64,000 nucleotides of DNA from an uncultured Synergistales bacterium (GTDB taxonomy: Bacteria; Synergistota; Synergistia; Synergistales; Aminobacteriaceae), in assembly GCA_905234075.1 (NCBI GenBank), contig CAJOGI010000007.1, positions 19,550-83,549 on the forward strand, given 5' to 3'. The notes beneath the pieces were generated by a model. It worked only from the letters and a program-made list of their open reading frames with translations, was not told the origin of the DNA and ran no database searches. Made by a program: the position numbers and the translations under genes. Below, piece after piece: positions 37,862 to 47,934 of the stretch (the stretch's first letter is position 1; the number at the start of each line of letters is the position of its first letter).

Positions 37862-40402
37862 TTGAATAATATGAATAATATTCAGGGCCTCTCTTCAGAA
37901 GAGGTAAAAACTAGCCGCATTAAATACGGCTCAAATGTTTTGACTGAACTTCCCAAAGAAACTCTCGCACGAAAATTTCTTAACAATTTGTCCGACCCCA
38001 TGATTATAATTTTGCTCTGCGCGCTCGTAATTCAGCTCGTTTTATTTTTCATGGGCAGGGCAGAATGGTTCGAGCCCTTCGGAATTTTCGTGGCTGTCTT
38101 AATCGCAGGCGGAGTGTCCTCAATCACAGAATATCAGCAGGAGCAGAAAGCCTCGTTTTTGAAATCTCAGCAGGAAGCCGGAGAAACTACGAAAGTAATA
38201 CGCGACGGAAGCATTCATGAAATTCATGTCAGCGAAGTCGTTACGGGCGATGTGATTTTTTTACAGGCCGGCGACAAAATTCCTGCGGACGGCGTTTTAA
38301 TTGACGGGGCTGTAAAAGTCGATCAGTCCGCTTTGAACGGCGAGACCGAAGAGGCTGAAAAAATCCCTAACGTTTCCGATGAAAAATTTGATATTAAAGA
38401 CCTGCTCAATAAATATTACGTCTATCGCGGAACTGTCGTCTGTTCTGGCGAAGGCTACGAAAAAATTTCCGTCGTCGGCGATAAAACTTTGTTCGGCGAA
38501 TTAGCTCTCGAAGTTCAGGAAGCTCAGAGAAAAACGCCGCTGCAGGTTAAGCTTGGAAAACTTGCAAAACAAATTTCAGTTTTCGGCTACACCGGAGCAA
38601 TCGCTATCGTTCTTGGAATTTTATTAAGAACTTTAATAACAGGAAATCTTCCGTCAGATTTTTACGCATGGGCGCAGCTTTTAATTGACGCGGTTACGGT
38701 CGCAGTAACTATTGTTGTCTGTGCCGTCCCGGAGGGTCTGCCTATGCTTACGTCAATGTTAATGTCTTTTCAGTCAATGCAGATGGCAGGGGATAACGTT
38801 CTCGTCAGAAAAATTAACGGGCTTGAGACTGCCGGAAGCCTTAATTTACTTTTCACCGATAAGACCGGAACAATAACCGAAGGAAGATTAACGATAGCTG
38901 AAATCGCTATGCCGGACGCAAAAGTTTTCACGGAATTGAAAGGACTTGATAACGAGACGTTGAACGATTTAATCATCGGCGCAGGCGTTAATAATTCCGC
39001 GACAGTCGGCGACGGTAACGTCATCGGGGGCAACAGCACGGACAGGGCTTTGATGTCATTCTTCAAAGACAACCCCAGCATATTAAAAATTATCTCGAAG
39101 GCCAAGAATGATGTTAAAAAATTCACGGCGTTTAATTCAGATAATAAAATGTCAACAGTTGAATTTAATGACGGCTCCGTTTATGTCAAGGGTGCACCCG
39201 AAAAAATCTTAGTTCAGTGCAAAAATATTCCCGACAGAAAAAAACTTGACGACTATATCAATGCTCAAGCCGACAGAGCCATGCGCTTACTGGCTATTGC
39301 AAAGGAAGCCGAAAATAAAATGGAGCTTATCTGCGTTTTAAGTATCCGTGATAACGTACGCAAAGAAGCCGTTGACGCAATAAAGCAGGTTCGTTCCGCA
39401 GGTATTCAAGTTGTCATGGTAACAGGCGACAGAAAAGAAACAGCCGTAGCAATCGCAAAAGAGGCCGGATTAATTTCAAGCCCGAACGAAATCGCTATGA
39501 CTTCTCAGGAAATGGCCGCAAAATCCGACGAAGAACTTAAAAAAATTCTTCCTGACCTCCGTGTAATTTCGCGTGCATTGCCTTCGGACAAGAGCAGGCT
39601 TGTAAAAATTGCTCAAGAATTAAATCTCGTTGTCGGCATGACGGGCGACGGAGTGAATGACTCGCCGGCTCTCAAAAAAGCTGATGTCGGCTTCGCTATG
39701 GGGTCGGGCACTGAAGTTGCTAAGGAGGCCGGAGACATTACAATCCTTGACGATAATTTTAAGTCAATCGCAAAGGCAATTTTATACGGCCGTTCGATGT
39801 TCAAGAGCATCAGAAAATTTTTAGTGTTCCAGCTTACTGTGAATGTTGCGGCTGTTGTTACGTGCTTCTTAGGGCCTTTGTTCGGTCAAAATATCATGCT
39901 CACGGTAATTCAATTATTATTAATTAATCTTGCAATGGACACGTTGGCGGCGATCGCCTTCGGGTCGGAGCCTCCGCGCGAGCAGTACATGAATGAAAAG
40001 CCGATACCGAGAGACGAGAACATTATCACGCCTTCAATGTTCAATGACATTTTGATCGGAGCGGCTTATGTAACTTTAATCTGCATGGCCGTGATGTTCT
40101 TCGGGCCTGTCAAAAAATTATTCATGACCGACGATATAATTTACTTGCGCACAGCTCTTTTTGCCGTGTTTATGATGTCGATAACCTTCAACGGGCTTTC
40201 AATGGCTTCATCTAAGAACTGCGTGCTCGTGATGTTATTTATATTTGTTCTTCAGTGGGTGTTCGTCGAGTTTGGCGGCGAAGTTTTGAGCGTTAAAGCG
40301 TTGAGCTTAGACTCGTGGCTTAACTGCTTCGTTCTTGCAGTGCTTATCGTCCCGGTGAAGATGGGCATAGAATTTTTGATTAAAAAATATTACAGAAAAT
40401 AA
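37862..40402 (+). CDS. P-type cation-transporting ATPase (type II, Ca2+-ATPase-like)
   Basis: Phosphorylation motif DKTGTITEG, hinge motif TGDGVNDSPALKKADVGFAMG, and a 10-TM architecture. Confidence 0.85.
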   Translation: MNNMNNIQGLSSEEVKTSRIKYGSNVLTELPKETLARKFLNNLSDPMIIILLCALVIQLVLFFMGRAEWFEPFGIFVAVLIAGGVSSITEYQQEQKASFLKSQQEAGETTKVIRDGSIHEIHVSEVVTGDVIFLQAGDKIPADGVLIDGAVKVDQSALNGETEEAEKIPNVSDEKFDIKDLLNKYYVYRGTVVCSGEGYEKISVVGDKTLFGELALEVQEAQRKTPLQVKLGKLAKQISVFGYTGAIAIVLGILLRTLITGNLPSDFYAWAQLLIDAVTVAVTIVVCAVPEGLPMLTSMLMSFQSMQMAGDNVLVRKINGLETAGSLNLLFTDKTGTITEGRLTIAEIAMPDAKVFTELKGLDNETLNDLIIGAGVNNSATVGDGNVIGGNSTDRALMSFFKDNPSILKIISKAKNDVKKFTAFNSDNKMSTVEFNDGSVYVKGAPEKILVQCKNIPDRKKLDDYINAQADRAMRLLAIAKEAENKMELICVLSIRDNVRKEAVDAIKQVRSAGIQVVMVTGDRKETAVAIAKEAGLISSPNEIAMTSQEMAAKSDEELKKILPDLRVISRALPSDKSRLVKIAQELNLVVGMTGDGVNDSPALKKADVGFAMGSGTEVAKEAGDITILDDNFKSIAKAILYGRSMFKSIRKFLVFQLTVNVAAVVTCFLGPLFGQNIMLTVIQLLLINLAMDTLAAIAFGSEPPREQYMNEKPIPRDENIITPSMFNDILIGAAYVTLICMAVMFFGPVKKLFMTDDIIYLRTALFAVFMMSITFNGLSMASSKNCVLVMLFIFVLQWVFVEFGGEVLSVKALSLDSWLNCFVLAVLIVPVKMGIEFLIKKYYRK

Positions 40403-40557
40403 TTTTTATCGGGGGCTGACTGAAACGGCCCCATATTTTTATAAAAAAAGTGATCATAAATCTTTTATGAGCATTGATTTTGAAAAAAAATCGCGCTAAA
40501 TTTCCCGTCGAAAAATTTTTATTATTTATTTATTTTTAAGGAGATTTCAAAAATATT

Positions 40558-42132
40558 ATGTTCATGAAAATTATTCTGGTCGTAATTTTTTTCGGGGTCA
40601 TGCTCGGAATCGGGCTATACTGCCGTAAACATTCAACTGATGTGAGCGGCTTTGTGCTTGGCGGACGCGCTGTAGGACCGTGGCTTACGGCGTTTGCATA
40701 CGGAACGAGTTATTTTTCTGCCGTTGTCTTTGTCGGCTATGCTGGGCAGTTCGGCTGGCGTTATGGAATTGCCGCAACGTGGGCAGGGCTTGGGAACGCA
40801 GTAATAGGTTCGCTGATGGCGTGGGCCGTTCTTGGCCGCCGTACGCGAATAATGAGTCAGTATCTTTCAAGCGCAACAATGCCGGACTTCTTCGGAAAAA
40901 GATTTTTAAGCAACGCTCTGAAAATTGCCGCGTCAATAATCTGTTTTGTATTCTTAATTCCATACACTGCAAGTTTATATAACGGGCTTAGCCGTCTTTT
41001 CGGTATGGCCTTCAGCATAGATTATTCAGTGTGCGTAATTTTTATGGCGGTATTGACAGGAATATATGTCGTCGCTGGCGGCTACATGGCAACAGCTATA
41101 AATGATTTCATTCAGGGAATAATAATGCTTTGCGGAATTATCGCGGTAATTGCTGCGGTAATTTCATCACGCGGAGGACTCTTTGATGCTCTTGCAGGCT
41201 TGGCAGAAATTTCTGATGCTCACGCCGCTACACGCTTGGCAAAGTCGCCGGGAATTTTCGCTTCGTTCTTTGGGCCTGACCCTATAAACTTAATGTTCGT
41301 TGTAATTTTAACGAGCTTGGGAACGTGGGGGCTTCCTCAAATGGTGCAGAAATTTTACGCGATAAAAAATGAAAGCGACATCACAAAAGGCACAGTGATT
41401 TCAACTTTATTCGCGCTTGTCGTTGCAGGAGGCTGCTATTTTTTAGGCGGCTTCGGGCGTTTATTCTCGGCTCAATTAGACCCAGCCGGGCTCGGAGTTC
41501 CTGCTGATGGCTACGACTCCATCATTCCCGTAATGTTATCGGGGCTTCCTGATATTTTGCTTGGGGTCGTCGTAATTCTCGTGCTGTCGGCTTCAATGTC
41601 AACGCTCTCGTCGTTAGTTCTTGCGTCAAGTTCGACATTAACTCTTGATTTATTAAAAGACCATGTAATAAAAAATATGGACGAGAAAAAACAATTATTA
41701 GTCATGAGAATTTTAATCGTGATTTTCATAATAATTTCCGTCGTGCTTGCGTTAATTCAATATAAATCAAACGTAACTTTTATCGCGCAGTTAATGGGCG
41801 TGTCGTGGGGCGCACTGGCCGGAGCGTTTCTTGCGCCGTTCATGTATAGTTTGTACTGGAAGGGCGTAACTAAAATTTCGTGCTGGGTGAATTTTATTTT
41901 CTCTAGCGTCGTTATGACAGCCAATATTTTCATGAGGCCGGATTTTCCCGTCATGCTTCAGTCGCCGATTAACGCCGGAGCTTTTTGTATGCTTGCAGGA
42001 TTTATTATTGTTCCTGTTGTGAGTTTCATAACTCCGAAGCCGAATAAAGATTTTCTTGATATGGCATTCGCCTGCTACACAAAGACAGTAACGGTCAGGC
42101 AGTCAAAAGCCCTCGCTGATAATTATGATTAG
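40558..42132 (+). CDS. sodium:solute symporter family (SSF) transporter
   Basis: 12 or more TM helices and an SSF signature region. Confidence 0.75.
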   Translation: MFMKIILVVIFFGVMLGIGLYCRKHSTDVSGFVLGGRAVGPWLTAFAYGTSYFSAVVFVGYAGQFGWRYGIAATWAGLGNAVIGSLMAWAVLGRRTRIMSQYLSSATMPDFFGKRFLSNALKIAASIICFVFLIPYTASLYNGLSRLFGMAFSIDYSVCVIFMAVLTGIYVVAGGYMATAINDFIQGIIMLCGIIAVIAAVISSRGGLFDALAGLAEISDAHAATRLAKSPGIFASFFGPDPINLMFVVILTSLGTWGLPQMVQKFYAIKNESDITKGTVISTLFALVVAGGCYFLGGFGRLFSAQLDPAGLGVPADGYDSIIPVMLSGLPDILLGVVVILVLSASMSTLSSLVLASSSTLTLDLLKDHVIKNMDEKKQLLVMRILIVIFIIISVVLALIQYKSNVTFIAQLMGVSWGALAGAFLAPFMYSLYWKGVTKISCWVNFIFSSVVMTANIFMRPDFPVMLQSPINAGAFCMLAGFIIVPVVSFITPKPNKDFLDMAFACYTKTVTVRQSKALADNYD

Positions 42133-42140
42133 CTAGAAAA

Positions 42141-42188
42141 TAGAAATTAGAAGTTAGGAGTTAATTTCATTCTTCGCTCCTAACTATA
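42141..42188. repeat. TAGGAGT-related hairpin between the convergent SSF and cysE genes
   Basis: The sequence is tagaaattagaagttaggagttaatttcattcttcgctcctaacta. Confidence 0.5.
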
Positions 42189-42979
42189 ATTTTTCCAGGC
42201 TGTACGGAATGAGTCAGCCACACGTTGCCTCCGATCACGCAGTTGTCGCCGATTACGGTTTCGCCGCCCAAAATTGTCGCGCCTGCATAAATTATTACGT
42301 TGTTCCCTATGTCAGGATGACGCTTAATTCCTTTTACTAAAGTTCCGTCAGGTTCGACTGCAAAACTTTTTGCGCCTATCGTAACATTTTGATAAATTTT
42401 CACGTGATTTCCGATCGTTGAAGTTTCGCCGATAACAACTCCCGTTCCGTGATCAATGAAAAAATATTCGCCTATTGAAGCTCCCGGATGTATATCTATT
42501 CCCGTGAGTCTATGGGCATATTCAGTTATTATTCTTGGAATTAACGGGACTTTCATACCATAAAGCTCATGAGCAACTCTGTACGCGCTTATTGCGATAA
42601 AAGCAGGATAAGCAAGAATTATCTCATCAGGAGTTTTCGCGGCAGGGTCTCCCTGATATGCCGCCGTTATATCTGTCAATAAAATTTTGCGTATATCAGG
42701 GAGTTTTTTTATTAAATTCGCTGCAACTTCTTCGGCTTTGCGTTCATTATTATTAAAAATTTTTTTGAGCGCGTGAATTAAATTTTCACAAGCCGATTCT
42801 AAATTTTCTGCAATGCTCTTGGCCTCGCTATTAACATGCGAAGGAAACATCGCCGCTTGAATTTTTATAAACGATTTTTCAGCACGGTCTTTAATTCCGT
42901 TGTAATTAAATTCGTCTTCTGCCGTTAAAATTTCTAATTCGTTTTCAGTAAAACTTAAAGCCTCTTCTAAAAAATTCAT
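42167..42979 (-). CDS. cysE: serine O-acetyltransferase
   Basis: SATase N-terminal domain followed by left-handed hexapeptide repeats (DHGTGVVIGETSTIGNHVKIYQNVTIG). Confidence 0.85.
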   Translation of the reverse strand: MNFLEEALSFTENELEILTAEDEFNYNGIKDRAEKSFIKIQAAMFPSHVNSEAKSIAENLESACENLIHALKKIFNNNERKAEEVAANLIKKLPDIRKILLTDITAAYQGDPAAKTPDEIILAYPAFIAISAYRVAHELYGMKVPLIPRIITEYAHRLTGIDIHPGASIGEYFFIDHGTGVVIGETSTIGNHVKIYQNVTIGAKSFAVEPDGTLVKGIKRHPDIGNNVIIYAGATILGGETVIGDNCVIGGNVWLTHSVQPGKIIVRSEE

Positions 42980-42982
42980 GAC

Positions 42983-43915
42983 TTATTCGCTGAAAAGTGC
43001 TGTGGATAAATAACGTTCGCCAGTGTCAGGCAAAATCACCGCGATATTTTTTTCTGCGTTCTCCGCTCTCTTTGCAACTTCAATCGCAGCATGTAAGGCC
43101 GCGCCCGAAGAAATTCCCACTAAAAAGCCCTCAGTCTTTCCGATTAATTTTCCCATCGTGAAAGCGTCATCATCATTCACAAGAAAAATCTCATTATATA
43201 AGCGGGTATTCAGAACTTCAGGGACAAAGCCTGCGCCTATGCCTTGAATTTTATGCGCACCGCTTCTTCCTGCCGAGAGGACGGGAGAGCCTGCCGGTTC
43301 AACAGCAATAATTTTTATGTCCGGGTTTTGCTGTTTGAGATATTTGCCAGTCCCTGTGAGAGTTCCGCCCGTTCCAACTCCGGCTATAAAAATGTCAACT
43401 TTGCCGTCAGTATCCTGCCAAATTTCCGGGCCTGTCGTATCTTCGTGAATTTTAGGATTTGCAGGATTAACGAACTGTCCGGCAATCCAACTGTCAGGAA
43501 TTTCACCTGCAAGCTCTGAGGCTTTTTCAATGGCACCCTTCATTCCCTTTGAGCCTTCAGTCAAAACAAGTTCCGCGCCGTAAGCCTTCATTAATTTTCT
43601 TCGCTCGATTGACATCGTTTCGGGCATTACGATTATTATTCTGTAACCGCGAGCCGCCGCAACTGATGAAAGCCCTATGCCGGTGTTGCCGCTTGTTGGT
43701 TCGATAATGACACTGCCGGGTTTAAGATTTCCCGATGCTTCAGCATCATCAATCATTGCTTTTGCTACTCTGTCCTTAACGCTTCCGGCCGGATTAAAAT
43801 ATTCCAGCTTTGCAAAAATTTTTGCATTAAGCCCGAAATGTTTTTCAATCCGAGTGAGTTCAAGCAGCGGTGTGCGGCCGATTAACTGGTCAATAGACGT
43901 ATAAATCTTTGGCAT
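42983..43915 (-). CDS. cysK: cysteine synthase A
   Basis: PLP-binding Lys region (SVKDR) and TSGNTG motif. Length 310 aa. Confidence 0.9.
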   Translation of the reverse strand: MPKIYTSIDQLIGRTPLLELTRIEKHFGLNAKIFAKLEYFNPAGSVKDRVAKAMIDDAEASGNLKPGSVIIEPTSGNTGIGLSSVAAARGYRIIIVMPETMSIERRKLMKAYGAELVLTEGSKGMKGAIEKASELAGEIPDSWIAGQFVNPANPKIHEDTTGPEIWQDTDGKVDIFIAGVGTGGTLTGTGKYLKQQNPDIKIIAVEPAGSPVLSAGRSGAHKIQGIGAGFVPEVLNTRLYNEIFLVNDDDAFTMGKLIGKTEGFLVGISSGAALHAAIEVAKRAENAEKNIAVILPDTGERYLSTALFSE

Positions 43916-44248
43916 AAAAAATCTCTCCTTTTTGATTTTATGAATATGTACAAAAAATCTGTCCGAAAAATTTTCAGACTTTTATTTAAGAATTTGTCTG
44001 CAAAAAAATTAAGTTAAATGGAAATTTTTTAGAATAGGAAGCGGCAACAACAAACAAAGCCCTCGTGAATGGCCTTTAATGTTTCATAATTACGATTAAG
44101 CATTGCTTGTTTCACCTCGTTAAAATTTTTGATGAGCAAATTATTACATGAATAACCTACTAAGTCAATATGCAAAAAATTTTTAGAGCAAAAAAACTAC
44201 AGCTCCTTTAATAATTTTTAGAAGCTGCAGTTTTAATTTAATTATTTT

Positions 44249-45346
44249 TCACTCTTTTCTGAACGAACTCGTTATTGAATAATAATAGCTGTCGTTGTCC
44301 AAAGTCGTAGCTGTTCCCTGCCATACTGTGCTGATTTCCGTAGCTGACGTTATAGTTATCACGATGTTTTCGTTAGCGTTGTTTATATCTTCAATTCGCC
44401 ACACGCCGTCGGAAACTTTAGCCAGCTTCATTGTGTCGTCTTTGCTGAAAGAAAAATCTCCGGCATTTCCCTGCTGAACTTCATTTTCATCAAATGCTGT
44501 CCATTTTTGAGCGTAAGTAACTTTTGCTGTGCCTGTCTGAGAAGTCGTGCTGCTGTCTGCTTCAAGATTTATTGATGCGATTTTCATGTAAATGTCAGTC
44601 GCAAGCCTGAGCGTTAAAACTCTGTCGGTCCCCTGCGTTGTGCTTGTCGCTGTGGCTTCGTCCTCTGTGATTAATTTCCAGTTGCCCTCAAGAATTTCGG
44701 AGACAGTTGTATCTGTCGTGTCTGTTTCTTCGTCTGTAGATTCATCGTCGGTCGTCGGCGTTGAGCTTGTCTTAATCATTGAACATTCAACGGTGTAATC
44801 GCAATATGAGCCGACTGAAGAAAGATACCCCGTACCGCTTATCTGTATGTTAATCTTATTTGATGAGCCTGAAATAAAATTAACAATGATCATTACAGAG
44901 CCGTAGCTGAACGTCCATTGGTCGTCGGTTATGCGCGTCAGTATCATATTTTGAGTCTTTGTCGTTGCGCTCGAAGATGTATAGCTCCTGATCGTTAAAT
45001 TCCCTAAAGAATTTAAGTTCGCGTCTCTCGCTGAAACAGTGTGCGAATAAAAAACGCTTGCTGTCCCGGCGGACTCGTCCGCGCTCGTTGCGAATGATAT
45101 ATCGGAAAAGGCCGCCTTCAAATCCGTAACATGAGCCAAATATATTGACGTAGTTGTCCCGGTTATTACGCCTTTGCCTGAATAGCCGGAGCTCTCGTCA
45201 AAAACCCAAGTGCCGGTTAAAATTCCCGAAACTTTATCATGCAATGTTGAAGAAGATGATGAGCTTGAATTGTCTTTACTCCCTCCGCAGCCTGAAAATA
45301 AAAATACACATAGAGCCATAGCTAAGAAAAATTTTATTTTACGCAT
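44249..45346 (-). CDS. Ser/Thr-rich lipoprotein with internal duplication
   Basis: Lipobox LFSGC. Two related halves, ILTGTWVFDE... and ILEGNWKLITE.... Confidence 0.45.
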   Translation of the reverse strand: MRKIKFFLAMALCVFLFSGCGGSKDNSSSSSSSTLHDKVSGILTGTWVFDESSGYSGKGVITGTTTSIYLAHVTDLKAAFSDISFATSADESAGTASVFYSHTVSARDANLNSLGNLTIRSYTSSSATTKTQNMILTRITDDQWTFSYGSVMIIVNFISGSSNKINIQISGTGYLSSVGSYCDYTVECSMIKTSSTPTTDDESTDEETDTTDTTVSEILEGNWKLITEDEATATSTTQGTDRVLTLRLATDIYMKIASINLEADSSTTSQTGTAKVTYAQKWTAFDENEVQQGNAGDFSFSKDDTMKLAKVSDGVWRIEDINNANENIVITITSATEISTVWQGTATTLDNDSYYYSITSSFRKE

Positions 45347-45406
45347 TTATGATTACTCTCCGTTCATTCTTTTTACGTATTAAATTATAGCAGAGTTTTC
45401 CTCTTT

Positions 45407-45434
45407 CCTACCTCCTAACTCCTAACTCCTACCT
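45407..45434. repeat. TAGGAGT-family repeat (minus-sense) in the divergent lipoprotein/PBP1A intergenic region
   Basis: The plus strand reads cctacctcctaactcctaactcctacc. Confidence 0.65.
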
Positions 45435-45488
45435 TTTTATGATATTATTTGCGCGGAGAAATTATAATGAAAGGGTTAAAATTTTTTC

Positions 45489-47897
45489 ATGAATGAGAGA
45501 AATAATTTCCGAGAAAATCCAGACGGAGATAAAAGAAATTTTAGAATGAGTCCCGATGAAATTCTTTTGTTAAAACAGCAGAGGCAGCGGCAAACTCAAG
45601 GCCAGCGACGGGATCGGCCGGCTCCTCAAAAATCCAGACCGAGAAAGAAAAAAAGAGTTTCAATCTTAAAAATAATATTCGCCACCATCTTAATTGTAAT
45701 TTTGCTTGCGACAGGAGCATTAAGCGCGGGCGTAGCGTGGTATGTCGTAAAACTTTCCGAAGATCTTCCGAGCATGGTCGAACTTGCCAACCCTAAGAGC
45801 AGTCTGCCGTCAATTTTATATGACAGGAACGGCGAAGTAATTGCGAGGTTGTTTATAGAAAATAGAACGCCTTTAGAACTTCATCAAATTTCTCCTGAAC
45901 TTGTGAGGGCTGTTTTAGCGGCTGAGGACTCCGCGTTTTATCAGCACGGCGGAATTAGAATAGGCTCTATCATGCGTGCTTTGTGGACAGACGTTGTCGA
46001 AGGCGGAAAAGTTCAGGGGGCCAGCACGATAACGCAGCAGCTTGCAAGAAATTTATTTTTGTCGCACGAGAAGAGCATAACAAGAAAAGCTAAAGAGATT
46101 ATTATCGCGATGAGGCTCGAAAAACTTTTCCCTAAGGATAAAATTCTTGAGCTTTATCTGAATACAATTAACTTCGGGCGCGGAGCTTGGGGAGCAGAGA
46201 CGGCGGCGCGGACATATTTTGACAAGTCAGCGAAAGATTTAGACTTAGCTCAATCGTCGATTCTTGCAGGATTAATCGCGAACCCGGGACGCTATAACCC
46301 GTTGAGCAGTTTGAACAACGCTAAGGCAAGACAAAATTACGTTCTTGGCAGAATGGAGACTTTAGGCTGGATCACGCCGGAACAGAGACAGGCTGCTTAT
46401 GACGAAGAATTAGAATTTAGAAGCCGCCCGAACAAAGTCGAAGAATATAACCAAGCTCCTTATTTTGTGTCGCATTTATTATTTAATGACTTGCTCCCTA
46501 AATACGGCAAGGACGAAGTATATAGCGGCGGTATGCAGATTTATACTACGCTTGATATAAATTTGCAGGACAAGGCCCGCGAGGCTATACAGGGTCTCAA
46601 TAAAAATATCATGGGCGCATTAGTGTGCCTTGAGTCCGACACGGGAGAAGTTTTAGCTTTGGTCGGCGGAAAAGATTTCAAAGAAAGCAAATTTAACAGG
46701 GCTACTCAGGCAATCAGGCAGCCCGGCTCAAGTTTCAAACCTATAGTTTACGCGGCGGCAATGGAAGAGGACGTTATGCCCAGCGATCATTTTCTTGACG
46801 CTCCGATAACTTTCAAGCAGCCCGGTGGACGCGGCAAGGGCTGGTCGCCTCATAACTCAAGCAACGGATATTCAGGCGAGGTTACTTTGCAGAGAGCTTT
46901 GACAAGTTCATTAAACACTGTTGCCGTTAGAGTGGCGGCTTTTATCGGAACTGACGCTATAGTCAGAATGGCACGCAATATGGGAATAGAGACGAAATAT
47001 CTGCCGAATGATTTATCAGTCGCATTAGGTTCGGCAAGTTTAACTCCGTTAGAAATGGCAGTGGCTTTTAACTGCTTCAACAACGGAGGAAAAAGAATTG
47101 TCCCGTTAATGATACGCGAGATCCGCGACAGGGACGGAAATATTTTAGAGCAGCGCGAGACAGCATCGAGTCAGGCAATGAACCCGGAGACAGCTTATGC
47201 GATACGCTCAATGCTTCAGGACGCGGTGAGGGCAGGAACGGGAAAACCTGCGGCTTTGCCAAAAATAAACGTCTTTGGAAAAACAGGAACATCGAATGAT
47301 TTTATTGATGCTTGGTTTGTCGGAGGCGTTCCGGGATTAACTACGGCTGTGTATGCCGGACGAGATGACCATAAAACGATGGGAAGGCGTGCTTTCGGAG
47401 GTACGATCGCGGCACCGGTCTGGAAAAAATTTATGAGCTTTGCAGTACAAGAAATGTCAACGCCGGAAAATTTTGAAGCTCCCCCTGCGTGGGTGAACGT
47501 CAGCAAAGTTTCAATATGCAGAAGTTCAGGATATTTAGCTCGCTCCGGCTGCGCTGCTGTGCCGTTATTTTTTCCAAAAGGAAAATCGCCGACGGCATCA
47601 TGTCCTCTTCACGGCGGAAGTTATAGAGCGGCTGAGGACGATCCGAGAGGGCCGAGACTTTTCTTAGTAGATCAGGACGACTCGTATCTTGCAAAAATTG
47701 AGAGCAGAGAGCGTGAAGATAGTTCGTCATCGTCATCACAGACTGAATACGCTCCGCCTCCTCAGCAGGTTACTGCCCCTGCTACACAAGCGGCCGTGCC
47801 GCGACCGAGTGCGCCTGCACCTTCGAGACAGGAGCCAAAACTCAACGAAGTCGAACAGCGTTACAGACAATTACTTAGAGAATACGGAATTGAATAA
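45489..47897 (+). CDS. mrcA: class A penicillin-binding protein (PBP1A; GT51 transglycosylase plus transpeptidase)
   Basis: GT51 motifs are EDSAFYQHGG and QGASTITQQLARN. The transpeptidase SxxK motif is SSFKP. A Pro/Ser-rich C-terminal tail is present. Confidence 0.85.
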   Translation: MNERNNFRENPDGDKRNFRMSPDEILLLKQQRQRQTQGQRRDRPAPQKSRPRKKKRVSILKIIFATILIVILLATGALSAGVAWYVVKLSEDLPSMVELANPKSSLPSILYDRNGEVIARLFIENRTPLELHQISPELVRAVLAAEDSAFYQHGGIRIGSIMRALWTDVVEGGKVQGASTITQQLARNLFLSHEKSITRKAKEIIIAMRLEKLFPKDKILELYLNTINFGRGAWGAETAARTYFDKSAKDLDLAQSSILAGLIANPGRYNPLSSLNNAKARQNYVLGRMETLGWITPEQRQAAYDEELEFRSRPNKVEEYNQAPYFVSHLLFNDLLPKYGKDEVYSGGMQIYTTLDINLQDKAREAIQGLNKNIMGALVCLESDTGEVLALVGGKDFKESKFNRATQAIRQPGSSFKPIVYAAAMEEDVMPSDHFLDAPITFKQPGGRGKGWSPHNSSNGYSGEVTLQRALTSSLNTVAVRVAAFIGTDAIVRMARNMGIETKYLPNDLSVALGSASLTPLEMAVAFNCFNNGGKRIVPLMIREIRDRDGNILEQRETASSQAMNPETAYAIRSMLQDAVRAGTGKPAALPKINVFGKTGTSNDFIDAWFVGGVPGLTTAVYAGRDDHKTMGRRAFGGTIAAPVWKKFMSFAVQEMSTPENFEAPPAWVNVSKVSICRSSGYLARSGCAAVPLFFPKGKSPTASCPLHGGSYRAAEDDPRGPRLFLVDQDDSYLAKIESREREDSSSSSSQTEYAPPPQQVTAPATQAAVPRPSAPAPSRQEPKLNEVEQRYRQLLREYGIE

Positions 47898-47934
47898 TTA
47901 AGAATTAGGAGCGGAACATCTGCCCCTAATTTTT

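Noticed and set aside
43916-44248. Possible T-box or other leader upstream of cysK-cysE
   Set aside because: No T-box conserved sequence (AATTAGGGTGGNACCGCG) or specifier/antiterminator arrangement was found. Only a terminator for the convergent lipoprotein gene is present.
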